Part shown: in pieces, positions 13,760 through 26,117 of the stretch
Layout of the letters: each line of letters begins with the position of its first letter
How positions within the stretch are numbered: the stretch's first letter is position 1
Assembly: GCA_038087875.1 (NCBI GenBank)
Contig: CM075989.1
Span: forward strand, 11,286,001 to 11,346,000
Direction: 5' to 3'
From: Malacoraja senta
Lineage: Eukaryota
Length of the DNA: 60,000 nt
Made by a program: the position numbers and the translations under genes
Notes under the pieces: generated by a model
Told to the model about the DNA's origin: nothing
Database searches by the model: none
Seen by the model: the letters and a program-made list of their open reading frames with translations, nothing else

Positions 13760-13921
13760 TTCTACATGGTGAAACCAAATGTATAAAAATGGCCTTTAAT
13801 AAAATCTGACAATGTGCACTTTAACCACGTGATTTTTTTCTATTACAAATCTCAAATAGTAGAGTACAGAGGCAAATAAATGAGTGATGGGTCTTTATCC
13901 CAAACATTATGGAGGGCACTG
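13760..13921. mobile_element. Tc1/mariner-like terminal fragment
   Basis: Ends cccaaacattatggagggcactg|ta, the reverse complement of a CAGTG-type TIR next to a TA target; only one end found. Confidence 0.55.
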
Positions 13922-15373
13922 TAGCTGCAGCGCTCTACACTGGAATTTGCACAGAATTTGAATAAACTTTCAAAATGGATTTAAATAGCAATTTGAGAAC
14001 TGTACCAAAAGTTCCAGGCTTTATTGTAAGTGCTGTGATCCTTCATCTTTCAGAAAGACCTACAAACTAATTATGAAAAACAGCTAACTATTCTGGACAT
14101 ACGTAAATATCTGCTGACTTCAGAAAATGCAGAAAGTGCGACACTGAATGTTAAAGGCAAGGCCTTCTATTTTAAAAATGTGCTTAAATAATTGAATGGA
14201 GTGCAGCTAGATAACTCTGGACCAGAAAAATCAGAATGGGCAAATCCTGCTGTGCTTATGAAATGGGATTGCTCACATGAGGTAAAAGCAATAGAAAATC
14301 ATTTTTTCTGCATATTGAACCACTCAAAAGTCCAAGTCTAAGACTAAGTGCAAACAGAAATAATAAAATGTCCTGACTTCAAACATCCATGCAGCTTTAG
14401 CTGTGGCGTTTCAGCCCCATCTATAGCAAAAAAACAGAACTGCACCAAGTTTTACTGCAATTGCTTCTCTAAATTTCTTGATCATCATCCCCCCAGGAGG
14501 CTATTCAATGCATTGCATCTGTGCCAGTTCTTTAAAAGTCATTTAAATAGTTCCACGCCCTGTTCCTTATTCCAAAACCTTCCACATTTATTTCATAGCT
14601 TAAATTTAAATGTGCAATTAACATGAGAGCCAGTGGAAGGATGTCAAGTGATCATCACGATGATGGGAGTAAATTTCGGTTCTGGGATCCACCAAGACAA
14701 TCTGCTCTCAGCCAATTAGCTGTTCCTTCTAACACTCTTCAGTAGGTGGAAGGCTTTGTTAATTAATTTTTCCATTTTATGGGCTGCTCTTCAGCTGCAA
14801 AGTCCTCCACATCCATCAAATATGGGAAACACTATCAGAATAGCTCCACAAGCATTGCAGTAGTTCAAGGCAGCAGCTCACACATAAATTCCCAGGGCCA
14901 ATTATGGATGGGCAGAAAACCCCAGCCACGCCAGAGACATCGGTCTCTCACAAATGAAAACAGGTAAGGCACTTCCACTGCGAATTAGTCGGCTTAATTT
15001 CAATAACAGCCTATTGATAAAATCTCTTAATTCCCTGGCTAACATTAGTTAATTTCATGTTGACCAGGGATTAGTGTTGGGACGTTCTTGGTCAGTTTAG
15101 CTCAGTTAAACAAATCAAACGGCCTTCAGACTCACACTTTCTGGAACTGTTAACAACACTTTGCCACAGAGTATGAAAAACAAGGTGATTGTGCCCAGGG
15201 GAGTTCTAGCAGCTATTTACTGAAAATCAATTGAAATCAGAGCCCAATAATTTCAGAAAACGCTGGGCACACATGCAGTGCCACACTATCACCTTGGATA
15301 CTCTATCAACAAGAAACTATCCAAATAATGCTGTATCCGAATTTAACTTAAAGAACATTCATTGCCAGCTTAC

Positions 15374-15488
15374 CAAATGTGTCCTTCGCAACTTCCAAGT
15401 CTGCCTGCTCCTGTAGCTTCGCTAGTCGAAGTTTCTCTGCTAGTTGTTCCTCTGTCGAGAGCTCTGCTGGTTCCTGCGCTTTTAACGA
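15374..15488 (-). CDS. EIF3J: eIF3j exon 5 (SLKAQEPAELSTEEQLAEKLRLAKLQEQADLEVAKDTFG)
   Basis: ttttaag acceptor, G|gtaagc donor, 115 nt; conserved EQLAEKLR...DLE.AK.TFG. Confidence 0.94.
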
Positions 15489-16723
15489 CTTAAAAGAAAT
15501 GTTAGACTGCTGCAGTATGACGTGCCTACAGTACCTCTCAGTAACATCAAAATACCACACCTGTAAATTTTTACTTTTCCTATTCCTCATTATTTCACAA
15601 ATTCGATATTAATTATTTCTCAAGACATGACATTGCCTATTCCTGACTTGGTTAAGGAGGAAATGGACCACCTTCCTGAACTGCCTAAGGTCTAAACAAT
15701 GCAATGTTATGCCAGGGGCAGTTAAGAGTCAACCAAGTGGATGTTGAGCTGGAGTTGCATACAGATCCATACTGGGCAACTTCCTAAAGAACATGAGTAA
15801 ATCAGCTAGGTTTTGGAACAATCCATTACCTTCAGTCACTTTGAGAACTGCTTTATAATTAATTTGTACCAAGTTGTCAAACTGCCACGCTGTGATTTGA
15901 ATTCACATTAAACTCCTAGTCTACTAGAAAAGGCGGCTCAGAAAGGTGTGTATCAATTTTCCTGGGGTGAATCATCTTCCTTATTGGTGAGTATGGGCTT
16001 TCGATTCATTGAGATAGGGTATTTCATGAAAATACCATAAAACTCCTTGTGCAACAACTCGTATCCAAACAGTGATCCAATCAAGCCGAATATAAAATAT
16101 TCCAAGGACTGAATGCAGAAGAGAGCATGTCTAGTCAGCTGTGTTAAAAACCATGCCACTCCTTTATGGATTGTTCCATTAGAAATCCTCATGTTCACCA
16201 GCATCAGAGATAATGGTGCAACATGTTTGCATTCACTGTCTGTGTTAAAAATGTGAGAGCAAATTTTAAAGAAATATAATGAGCCAATGAATGATCTTAA
16301 AACAGGGATTGAGTTGTGACTTTGAAGTCTGACATAAATACTAATTTGTGGGATGTTTGCCTGAGGTCAGATAACATATCATAAAAAACAAATGTAAAAC
16401 AAAATAATACTGACAGAAATGTGATAAAAACAAACCACCCATTCTCCTCAAATGCCACCTTTTACTTCTTCAATAAAATTACAATGAATATTTACTGTTG
16501 CAGTTAAAACTCCTTTTGCATTTCCAAATTTCCAAGGGAGGGTTCAGCAGAAGTGTACATCCTGACTGCTTTGTGGTTAGTCCTGAATTTAGGTCAATGC
16601 TGAATGCTAGAGCATTTCACTGTCACATTTATAATCTATAATGGGATTCAATTCCCCCGCGAGGGCCCTCTACTGGCTGAAGAGATGCTTGCAGGAATTT
16701 CCCCATGAAAAGAAGCAACTTAC

Positions 16724-16818
16724 ATTTTTTAGAGCTGCGATTTTCTTCTTCAGTAGCTTTTCTTTTTCCTCTTTCTCTTTAATCCTGTCACTTAATTTCT
16801 TCTTTTCTGAAACCTTGC
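16724..16818 (-). CDS. EIF3J: eIF3j exon 4 (GKVSEKKKLSDRIKEKEEKEKLLKKKIAALKN)
   Basis: tacag acceptor, AAT|gtaagt donor, 95 nt, phase-consistent. Confidence 0.92.
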
Positions 16819-17289
16819 CTGTATTAAAAATTCCAGAAAGATCAGCCCCCCAGCTGGTGACATGGTTTATATCATTTTATCAGTTATAAGTCAAAATTAT
16901 GCATTTAGGTTTGCCATTTCGATCTGACCTGCAATATCCAACGTAATGTTTTCATTTGTCTGATGTGGGTTTAGTGGATGGAGTTCTATTTCCATTTTTT
17001 ATTTAGGTTTTGGTTTATTTGTCACGTGTATCTACGTATAGTGAAAAGCATCCTTTTGCATCTATCATATCAAATCAGATAACACTATACATAAATACAA
17101 TCAAGCCAAACAAAAAGTAAATGAGTGATGGGAAAGATACAAAGTGCAGAAATATAATTATCATTGTAGAGCATCAGTTTCAGAGTCAATGTCCACAATG
17201 AGATAGAAGGGAATAGAACTGTACCCTAGCTTATGGAAGGATCATTAAAAGGGGAAGAATCAAAAACAGCATCTAATAAGTAAGATAGT

Positions 17290-18300
17290 AAGAGTTGAGA
17301 GTCAGCATGCTCCCGCAAAGGTAAAAAAGCAAAGATGGTAAGATTAGATATCCTTAAAGGATATTGAAGGTTTGATCATGGGAAGCCATGTCAAGAGTAG
17401 TGAATTGATATTGAAAAATTGAAGTTTATAGGGTTTATAGGAGAGAACTTTAACAAAGACAGACTCTGACAGAGATATATTGTATATTTATTAGCCATTG
17501 GTGAGGTACGAGAAGATTGGAGGATGTTGTTCCAAAGGGGCAGTACGGACAAGCCAAGAAACTATTGTCAGGAGCTCTTACATTAGTAGCAGGAAAGTTG
17601 TTGGAGAAGATTCCAAGGTAGAGAATAAAGGTTAACTTGGAAAGGATGTGACAAATTAGGAGTCCAATGTGGTTTTGTGAAGGAGATCATGTCTCACAAA
17701 TTTTACTTTTTGAGGTGGTAAGAGGTAACAAAGACAATTGATGAAGACAGGGTGGTAGACTTGGTTTACATGGACTTTAATAAGGCTTTTGGCAAGGTCT
17801 TGCATGGTATGTTGATCCAATAGGTTAAGACTTATAGGACCCAAGGCATGTTGGCAAAATTGATCCAAAATTGGTGCTAGGAGACAGAAGGTTGTGGTGG
17901 ATTAGGGATGTTTGTTGTTTATATTATATTAAAATGGCTTGAATGAGAACATAGTGATTAGTATGCACATGACACAAAAATTGGGGGAACCATAGTCAAC
18001 GATGGTTGTCTAAGGGCACAGTGGGATACAGATCAGCTGGATAGTTGGGTGGAGCGGGGCAGCTGGAAATGAATCCAAACAAGTATGAAGTAATACATTT
18101 GGGAAGTCACCGCGTGGCAGGATATATAGAGTAAATGGCAGGGAGATTAGGGGCAATGATGTACAGAGAGGCCTTGCGGTGAAAGTCCATAGCTCACTGA
18201 AAGTGGCGATATAGGTGAATGGGGGCTATGCTTTACAGCATAGGACAAGACATTGAGAATGAGAGTTGGTACATTATGTTGCAACATTGTTCAGGCATAA
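17290..18300 (+). mobile_element. Highly decayed CR1 LINE
   Basis: Remnants of the RSCLTN, VYMDFNKAF and DTKIGG motifs. Confidence 0.7.
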
Positions 18301-18369
18301 AACATAGAACAGTACAGCACAAGAACAGGCCCTTTGGTCCACAGTGTCTGTGCCAAACATAATGCTAAG

Positions 18370-18812
18370 ACCACCAAGCACAGGCTCGGCGATCATTTCG
18401 CTGAACACTACCACTCAGTCCGCCTTAACCTACCTGATCTCCCGGTTGCTCAGCACTTTAACTCCCCCTCCCATTCCCAATCTGACCTTTCTGTCCTGGG
18501 CCTCCTCCATTGTCAGAGTGAGGCTCAGTGCAAATTGGAGGAACAGCACCTCATATTTCGCTTGGGTAGCTTACACCCCTGCGGTATGAATATTGACTTC
18601 TCTAACTTCAAATAGCCCTTGTTTTCCCCTCTCTCTCCACCCCCTCCCCCTTCCCAGTTCTCCCACCAGTCTTACTGTCTCTGACTACATTCTATCTCTG
18701 TCCCGCCCACTCCCGACACCAGTCTGAAGGGTCTCAACCCGAAATGTCACCCATTCCTTCTCTCCAGCAATGCTGCCTGTCACGCTGAGTTACTCGAGCA
18801 TTTCATGTCTAC
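18370..18812 (+). mobile_element. Penelope-like element 3' fragment (GIY-YIG C-terminus plus repeat tail)
   Basis: TKHRLGDHFAEH...PVAQHFNSPSH...EEQHLIFRLGSLHP.GMN, then a degenerate hammerhead-like motif. Confidence 0.85.
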
Positions 18813-19089
18813 CATCACCTATCTACCTGCACATAACCCATATCACTCCATCCCCTGCATATCCATATGCCTTTCGAAAAGTCTTTTAAATACCACCAAT
18901 ATATCTGCTTTAACCACCACGCCCTGTAGCGTCTCCACCCTCTGTAAAAAAACATCCCACACATCTCTTTTAAACTTTGCCCCAATCACCTTAAAGCTAT
19001 TCCATGTAGTATTTAATATTTCCATCCTGGGAAAAGATTCTGACTGTCTATCTATGCCTCTCATATTTTTATTTATTTCTATCATGAAT

Positions 19090-19642
19090 CACAGGTCATC
19101 TACTGTACCCATTGTTCAAGATGTGGACTCTTGTACATCGGCGAGACCAAACGTAGACTGGGCAATTGTTTCGCTGAACACCTTCGCTCAGTCCACCTGG
19201 ATCAACCTGATCTCCCGGTTGCTAAACACATCAATTCTCCTTCCCATTCCAACACTGCCCTTTCTATCCTAGGTCTTCTCCATTGTCAGAGTGAGGCTAA
19301 ACGCACATTGGAGGAACAGCATCTCATATTTTGCTTGGGCAGCTTACAGCCCAGTGGTATGAATTTGATTTCTCTAACTTCAAGTAACCCCGGCATTCCC
19401 TCTCTCCATCCTTCTCCCACCCGTCACACCAGTTTCTCGTTTTCACCCAACAAACAGCCTACATTTGCCTGTTTCATTTATCATCGTTACTTTTTTGCAT
19501 ATTTTTCATTCTTTATCTCTACATCAGCATCTACATCCCTTTCCCCTTACTAGTCTGAAGGGTCTCGACTCGAAACGTCACCCATTCCTTCTCTCGAGAG
19601 ATGCTGCCTCACCCGCTGAGTTGCTACAGCTTTTTGTGTCTC
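19090..19642 (+). mobile_element. Penelope-like element 3' fragment (GIY-YIG endonuclease plus repeat tail)
   Basis: YIGETKRRLGNCFAEH...EEQHLIFCLGSLQPSGMN. Confidence 0.87.
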
Positions 19643-19674
19643 CCTTAGAATTATATAGCAATCTTCATTTTTAC

Positions 19675-19717
19675 CTGTCTTAATTGACTTCTTTTCGTCC
19701 TCATCATCCCAGTTGTC
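19675..19717 (-). CDS. EIF3J: eIF3j exon 3, 43 nt (DNWDDEDEKKSIKT)
   Basis: catag acceptor, G|gtaaaa donor; conserved DNWDD motif. Confidence 0.93.
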
Positions 19718-19934
19718 CTATGGAAACAAAGACAATTTAAATGACCATTTGTTGATGCAACATCTTCCATCTATAAATGTAGCAAATTGTCCCAAATGTT
19801 CCACTGAAGGTGCAACAAGTAAAATGAGATTGAGCCACACCAAAACTACCCCAAAAGAAATTTAATTTAGGGTTTTGTGGCCTCTTTTTCTACAAAGAGT
19901 AAATATCTTTGTGAAAATGTATCCTATGAAAATC

Positions 19935-20348
19935 AGTGGGTGAGGCAGCATCTATGGAACAAAGGAATAGGCGACGTTTCGGGTCGAGACCCTTCTTCAG
20001 ACTGATGTCGGGCGGGAAAAAGAAAGGAAGAGGTGGAGACAGTAGGCTGTGGGAGAGCTGGGAATGGGAGGGGAAGGAGGGAGAAAGCAAGGACTACCTG
20101 AAATTGGAGGAGCCAATGTTCATAGCGCTGGGGTGTAAACTACCCAAGCGAAATATGAGGCGCTGTTCCTCCAATATGCAGTGGGCCTCACTCTGGCCAT
20201 GGAGGAGGCTCAGGACAGAAAGGTCAGATTCGGAATGGGAGGGGGAGTTGAAGTGCTGAGCCACCGGGAGATCAGGTTGGTTATTGCGAACTGAGTGGAG
20301 GTGTTGTGCGAAGCGATCGCCAAGACTGCGCTTGCTTGGTCTCACTGA
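19935..20348 (-). mobile_element. Penelope-like element 3' fragment containing an intact hammerhead-like motif
   Basis: SKRSLGDRFAQH...EEQRLIFRLGSLHPSAMN, followed by CTGAAGAAGGGTCTCGACCCGAAACGTC. Confidence 0.87.
19973..20000 (-). ncRNA. Minimal hammerhead-ribozyme-like motif of the type associated with Penelope elements
   Basis: CUGAAGA core, one extra A, GGGU-CUCG-ACCC stem II, GAAA, palindromic ACGU overlapping a GUC cleavage triplet; stem I is weak. Confidence 0.6.
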
Positions 20349-20404
20349 GGTTGATCATACGCTGAATAATCCAACCACATTTTTGTTTGAAAGTGGAAAG
20401 AAAT

Positions 20405-20720
20405 CATAGAAATTGCATTCACTGCAACGTGTAAAAAGAGTTGAGATACTGTATTGTAATTTTGCTGCATGTCATTGTGGTACATATCATGTTTTGATTG
20501 GTGAATATGTTTAGTTTGTGACTTTATTTGAAGCAGAAATAATATGTGAATGCTTCATTGAACATAATTCCGACTGGTAACTACGCACTTCGTCCGAGCA
20601 CATTATCGCACGCGTCATGCAAGCCGTCTTAAATGACCACCTAAACTGTCATTCGGCAACCTAAAAAGCTGCCTAGTTTGCCCGGCTGGCATCAGAGAAA
20701 AAAAGTTAAGTGAGAGCCCA
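20405..20720. mobile_element. Probable DNA transposon fragment (hAT-like end)
   Basis: Abrupt compositional change ending aagttaagtgagagccc; only one terminus seen. Confidence 0.3.
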
Positions 20721-21109
20721 TTTAATACTTCCATTGCCCACTGTCATCCCCTACAGCTGCTAAACTTTCTTTCTAACAATTCTTTAGAAATTAAAAAGTT
20801 GAGAACACATTCAAATCTGTAGAGTTGATATTGCAGAGCTGGAATACTAGTCTGTATCAACATCTCCAACATATTATCAGGCAAATATTTGAATTAGGAC
20901 TCACTAAATTTACAACTTCATTTACCAAGCCACACATTTTGCCCTTTGAACAGTCAAATAGGAAAATGCCAGGCAATTTGCAGCAGAATTTGTTAGAAAT
21001 TCCTCATGATATAGGCTGAAAAGTTATCCATACAGCAAGGAGATGGACACAGTAATATATTTGCATAGTTTTGATGAACAATTTGTAGTGGAAGCAGCCA
21101 AAAGATATC

Positions 21110-22300
21110 AATGAAGGATCTTGCCATTAACTATATACTTTCCCCTTACTTTCTCATTTGTTTCACATTTGCTTGGAGTAAACGCCATCCGTCATTTCTC
21201 TGCCCATTTCTACAGATGATCTATTTTCTGCTGCATACTTTGACAACTCTGCCAATTTTGTGCCATCTGCAAACTTACTATATGAATGCAAACTTACTAT
21301 ACCTTGCTGAAATCCACATATACGTCTGCAGCACTGACCTCATTAACATTTTTGGTCACATCCTCAAAAAACTCAAATCAGATTCGTGAGGCATGACCTC
21401 CCATGTACAAAACCATGCTGACAATCCCTAATCAGCTCATGTCCATCTAAATGCATGTATCTTATCCCTCAGAATATTTTCTAGTATCTTTCCGACCACA
21501 GATTTTAGGCTCTGTGCCCTGTAGTTCCCAGGCTCTTCCCTACAGCCCCTCCTGAATAGAGGCATGACATATGCCACCCTCCAGACTTCTAGCACCTCAC
21601 CTGTATTTAATGACGACTCGTAAATCTTACCCAGGTGACCTGCAATTTCCTCTATAGCTTCCCACAGTGTACTTGAATACCTGATCAGGCCCAGGAGATT
21701 TGTCTACCATCATATGCATCAGGACCTTCAGCACCTCTTCAACTGTAATACTGATTGCTCTCAAGACACTTCCATTGACTACCCCAAGTTTCCCAGTCCT
21801 CATGTCTTTCTCCACAGGAAAAACAGAGGAGAAATACTCATTGAGGACCTTGCCCATCTGCTGTGGAAATTGTAGGAATTCTACAAATTCCTTCTCTTGG
21901 GATCTAGTACCAACCTGATTTTCCCAGTCTACTTGCATATTGAAATCCTCCATGACCATTTTAGGTCAGGTCAGGGGGAGTTCCCATCGCCACGGGTACC
22001 ATGTAATCCCGTGCTACCTGCTCCATGGTCGGATAGTCAGCGTCTAAACCGTCTCCCCCACCTGGTTTGCCAGGTGAGGAAGGGGCTGTGGACTCCCAGC
22101 AGGACCAAAAACAAGACCTATCAAAGGGCAGATGAGCTCCTAGCGAGCCAACAGCCATCCACACTTCAGTAGAAGTTGTGGTCACTGTTGTACATAGCAT
22201 TGTAAGGCACCGTGCCCGTTGATGTTTTCAACGATGACCATTGTAACTTTGCCTTTCTAACATGGCTTTTCTATCCAAAGATTCCCCCACTAGTTTCATT
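21110..22300 (-). mobile_element. CR1 LINE fragments (endonuclease and RT-proximal regions) with a nested insertion
   Basis: MEDFNMQVDWENQ..., LNEYFSSVF, DKSPGPD motifs. Confidence 0.8.
21961..22233 (-). mobile_element. 273-bp retroposon insertion with 9-bp TSD atgaccatt (21952-21960, 22234-22242) and (GACCT)n tail
   Basis: Exact direct repeats; CR1 sequence resumes after the second copy. Confidence 0.7.
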
Positions 22301-24020
22301 AATGAATGCTGTCCACAACACTTTACATGGCTTTGAAAATCTATGTACTGTTTCACATTACATACAAACTGTCATCTAGCAACCCAGATGAAGGGGAATC
22401 AAAAACTAGAGATACAAGGTGAGAGGAAAAAGATTTAAAGGAACCTACGGGTAACCATTTTACACAGAGGGTGGTGCATTTATGGAATTAACTGGCAGAT
22501 AAAGTGTTGAGGAATTTAAAATAAATTTGGACAGCTACATAACAGGAAAAATGCCAATGGTTACAGACCAAAAGCAGGCAAAAGGAACTAGCTTAAGACC
22601 TTGGCATCGATCAGTTGGGCTGAATGGACTGGTTTTGTGCTGTATGACTTCATAGAAGTATTACTGCAGAAAGTAATAGAACACTTTGAACCAAAACTGG
22701 TCATGTGGCCCAATTTGTCTATGTTGATATCTCTACTCTACACTAGCTTCTCTACATTAGTATATCACTTGATATCTCGCTACTTCCACCTCCGTTAGCT
22801 ATCTTTTACATGGATCTATGCCTCAACCATTCCACAAGGTGATTTCCACGTGTTTAGCATTATCTGGAAAAAGACATTTCTCCCAAATTCATCCTGGGAT
22901 TTTATTAACAATAATGTGTGTTAGAGGGACACATCAAATTAAGATGCCAACACACAAAAAACCAGAAAACTGCTATCTTCAGAAGCTCTTAATGTTTGAT
23001 ATTTGATTACTTACTCCTGTGATATTCATTAACTTGCTCACAATACTGGTGACAAATATAGCTACACAATCCAAATTTTAAAGGATTAAATTTAATAATG
23101 CACATCTTTCATAGCTCAAATTAAAATGGAACCAGGTTCTCAAAAAATTAATTGACCCGAAACATTAATACCACATTTCATTCTCCACAGCTGCTGTCTA
23201 TCCTGCTGACTGTTGCGACCATTTTCCATTTTTACTCAAAATTTGCCAGATCTGCTGGACTTTGCTTTATGGCTTGTGATTATTGATTCCTATACTAATT
23301 CCAAGATTGCCACAATGATAGTAGTAAATACACAAGTCCTGCTTTTGAAAGATGAAATTCATTGTACAATAACATTAAAAAAAAATCAACAGTCAGCCTA
23401 ATGCCTTGTATCAATCTGATGACACAAAGCTCGAATGGTTTGTAATAGTCAGCAGAAGATTAAGGGGTTAATTCAGCATACTGATTTTGCTGACATTTTA
23501 AAACTTTTCACCCTTGTTCTTGCTTTCGGGACTATCAGAACAGTTTTACAACACGACTTCATGCCAATATTGTTTTACATCGCCAATGTTTTCACTGGAT
23601 CTACAATAAAGGGAATTCAGTATTGGGTGATACTGAATTTTATCAGCATTTTACACATGGCGTAGCCAAGTAACCAAAGTTGTCAGAGGACTTAGAGATT
23701 GAATGTCAGAACATCCAGTCTGAAGAAGGGTGTGGACCTGAAACCTCCCTCTCCCTCTCATGAGGAAGCAGGGGACCAGGTGAGCAATTGGGCCTTGAAG
23801 GAGTGCAGGAAGCATGGAAAATGGGAAAACCAAGTATTTTCCAATAGATAGAGCAACTTGGCAAGTGGGAGTATCACCTCTAAAGACCTTCCAGAATCCT
23901 CTTTAAACACATGATGTGTCTATTCATGTTTCAACTGAACACCAATTTCAAGCAGTTTTCAGGTATGTTTAAAATACTGAGAAGAACAAGAGGGCTTCAA
24001 TAGAACAATGGGATATTATC

Positions 24021-24147
24021 TGAAGAAGGCTCTCGACCTGAAACGTCACCCATTCCTTCTCTCCAGAGATGCTACCTGTCCCGCTGAGTTACTCCAGCAT
24101 TTTGTGTCTATTTTCATTTTAAACCAGTATCTGCAGTTCTTTCCCAC
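24021..24147 (+). mobile_element. Penelope-derived short repeat starting at a hammerhead-like core, with 16-bp direct repeat acaatgggatattatc (24005-24020, 24148-24163)
   Basis: ctgaagaaggctctcgacctgaaacgtc followed by the usual repeat body; exact flanking repeat. Confidence 0.8.
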
Positions 24148-24764
24148 ACAATGGGATATTATCCTCTACTACAATGTAGGCAGAAGACCCAAAATCTGTG
24201 ATGTTGTGTATAATAAGTCCACTCTTCATCAACCCCTACTCACCCAAATCAAATAAACTACCAGTAAGCTTTTTGTCCCAATGATCCACACCAACATTTG
24301 GGATGCCATATTAATCTACTTGAATGCATACAATTCAACACTCCTAGCAACATCTTTGGTGCAAATCAATAGCAAAGGGACCAATCTAAAGCCTACTGAC
24401 AAACATAATTTTAATTTTTCTCGCTAACATTTCAGAATTAAACATTGCCACAGATAAAGGTGTATGGAGAAACCTGAACATTCACCATCTTTTCCACTTT
24501 AATTCCCCAGAAAAAGGTTTGTGAAGCGAAGCAATTTATTTACCATTACTAATCACAAGGGTATTAAGCCCAATACCATAATATCCAGCAAAGTACATAG
24601 TTCACCATAACTAAAATGTGTATCATAAGCAGGAGAGTGGGAAACCTTATTGAAAAGCATAGCAAACCAACCACAAAACTTTTTCCATAAAGATCACTAA
24701 GATACGTGTCCTCCAGTGTAGGATGTTCATGAGTAAATGCTGCCAACGAGCACAATCCAACAGA

Positions 24765-24882
24765 CAGCAATGGTGCAGCTGGTAGAGCTGCTGCCTCACA
24801 GCGCAAGAGACTCGGGTTTGGTAATTACCTCGGGTGCTATCTGTGTAAAGTTTGCACGTTTTTCCTAGATTGCTTGGGTTTA
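24765..24882 (+). mobile_element. tRNA-derived SINE head (HE1/V-SINE-like)
   Basis: tggtgcagctggtagagctgctgcctcacagcgc...ctgtgtaaagtttgcacgtt. Confidence 0.7.
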
Positions 24883-25867
24883 GTCTGTATCTAGGATCTT
24901 ACTATCACACGTACTGACAGGTTGGGTGCTGCGTAACACCTCAAACATTTCACATTGCTTGAGGAGGAAACACAAGTACTTTTGATACACTGTATGAGAA
25001 TATATTGAGTTAATGGTTCAAATATATTACCTCATATATTGTGAATAAAGTTTATTTTTGAGAAGCAAATGCAATAACGTATTCAGGAGAAGACACAGGG
25101 TGCTGGAATAGCTCAGCGGGTTAAGCAGCATCTTAGGACAAATGGGATAGGCGAGGTTTCAGGTCGGGACCCTTCTTCAAACTGATAGTAGGGGTGGGAA
25201 AATAAAGCTGTAAGAGAGTAGGGACGGGACAAAGCACGGCAGGGAATAGGCCAAAACAAGTATGAAGTGTTATTTAGAGGCAGAGTGGGGGTCTGCTGGT
25301 GCCAGCATATGGCCACTTATGTTGTAAACCAGCATCTGCAGTTCCTTGTTTCTAACTTCGATTCAGTGTTAACAAATGAGGGAAAGATTTACCTCAGGGG
25401 AAACTAAAGATAGAAAGAGGATACTGGGATTGGGAGGTGCAGGACACATCTGAAGTATTGTGCCGAAGGGCCTGTTTCCGAGCTGTATGACTCTATTAAA
25501 CCCAGCTAAGAAACCAGGAGAAGCACAGAAATCTGTTGTGGGTATTAGGCCAGAAATTACCGAGGCAAATATTACCACGGATGAGGCCAAAAAGACACCG
25601 GAATCCAATTATGGAGGCGAGGACGGACAACTTGGCCGAGCGGGGCGAACACATGACGTGTACATAACTCCAGGGTGAATGCTGGCACTTCCCCCCAGGC
25701 TGGCGACAGGTTGTTCCCTCCACACCCTGATACACTCCCCACACCCACATGATAAACGTGGGGGCAGCCCGGGTAGGGTAGTGGCCGAGCCAGCGGCTCC
25801 AGCAGTTTCTCCCCCACGCCGAGGAGCCTGGGCCCGGCGCGGTCTGGCCGCTCGGCCCGGCCTTTAC

Positions 25868-25959
25868 CTTCACGTCCTCCTCCTCGTCCTCGCCTTCCCA
25901 TTTGTCCAAGATCACCGGCTTCGTCTCCGACTCCTCCGGCGTTCCGAAGTCCACGGTGT
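25868..25959 (-). CDS. EIF3J: eIF3j exon 2 (DTVDFGTPEESETKPVILDKWEGEDEEEDVK)
   Basis: ttgcag acceptor, AAG|gtaaag donor, 92 nt; conserved DKWEGEDE..DVK. Confidence 0.94.
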
Positions 25960-26095
25960 CTGCAAGAGATGGAAGCCGCCGGTTAACGAGAGGACGGACC
26001 GTGATGGGGAGGGGGACGCCGCCACCCGACTCGCGTCGCCGCCCGGCCTTTGGCCCGGGCCCAGTCCCAGTCCCAGTCCCCAATCCCGCGCTCAC

Positions 26096-26117
26096 CCCAG
26101 TCGTCAGGCTCCGCCAT
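26096..26117 (-). CDS. EIF3J: eIF3j exon 1 coding part (MAEPDDW)
   Basis: gcgATGG Kozak context and G|gtgagc donor inside a CpG island; the eight exons total 723 nt (240 aa plus stop). Confidence 0.9.

Noticed and set aside
21975..22110. HDV-like ribozyme
   Set aside because: I could not build the nested double pseudoknot by eye; only a simple hairpin is supported
24765..24840. tRNA gene
   Set aside because: tRNA-derived SINE head with a degenerate B-box and no complete cloverleaf
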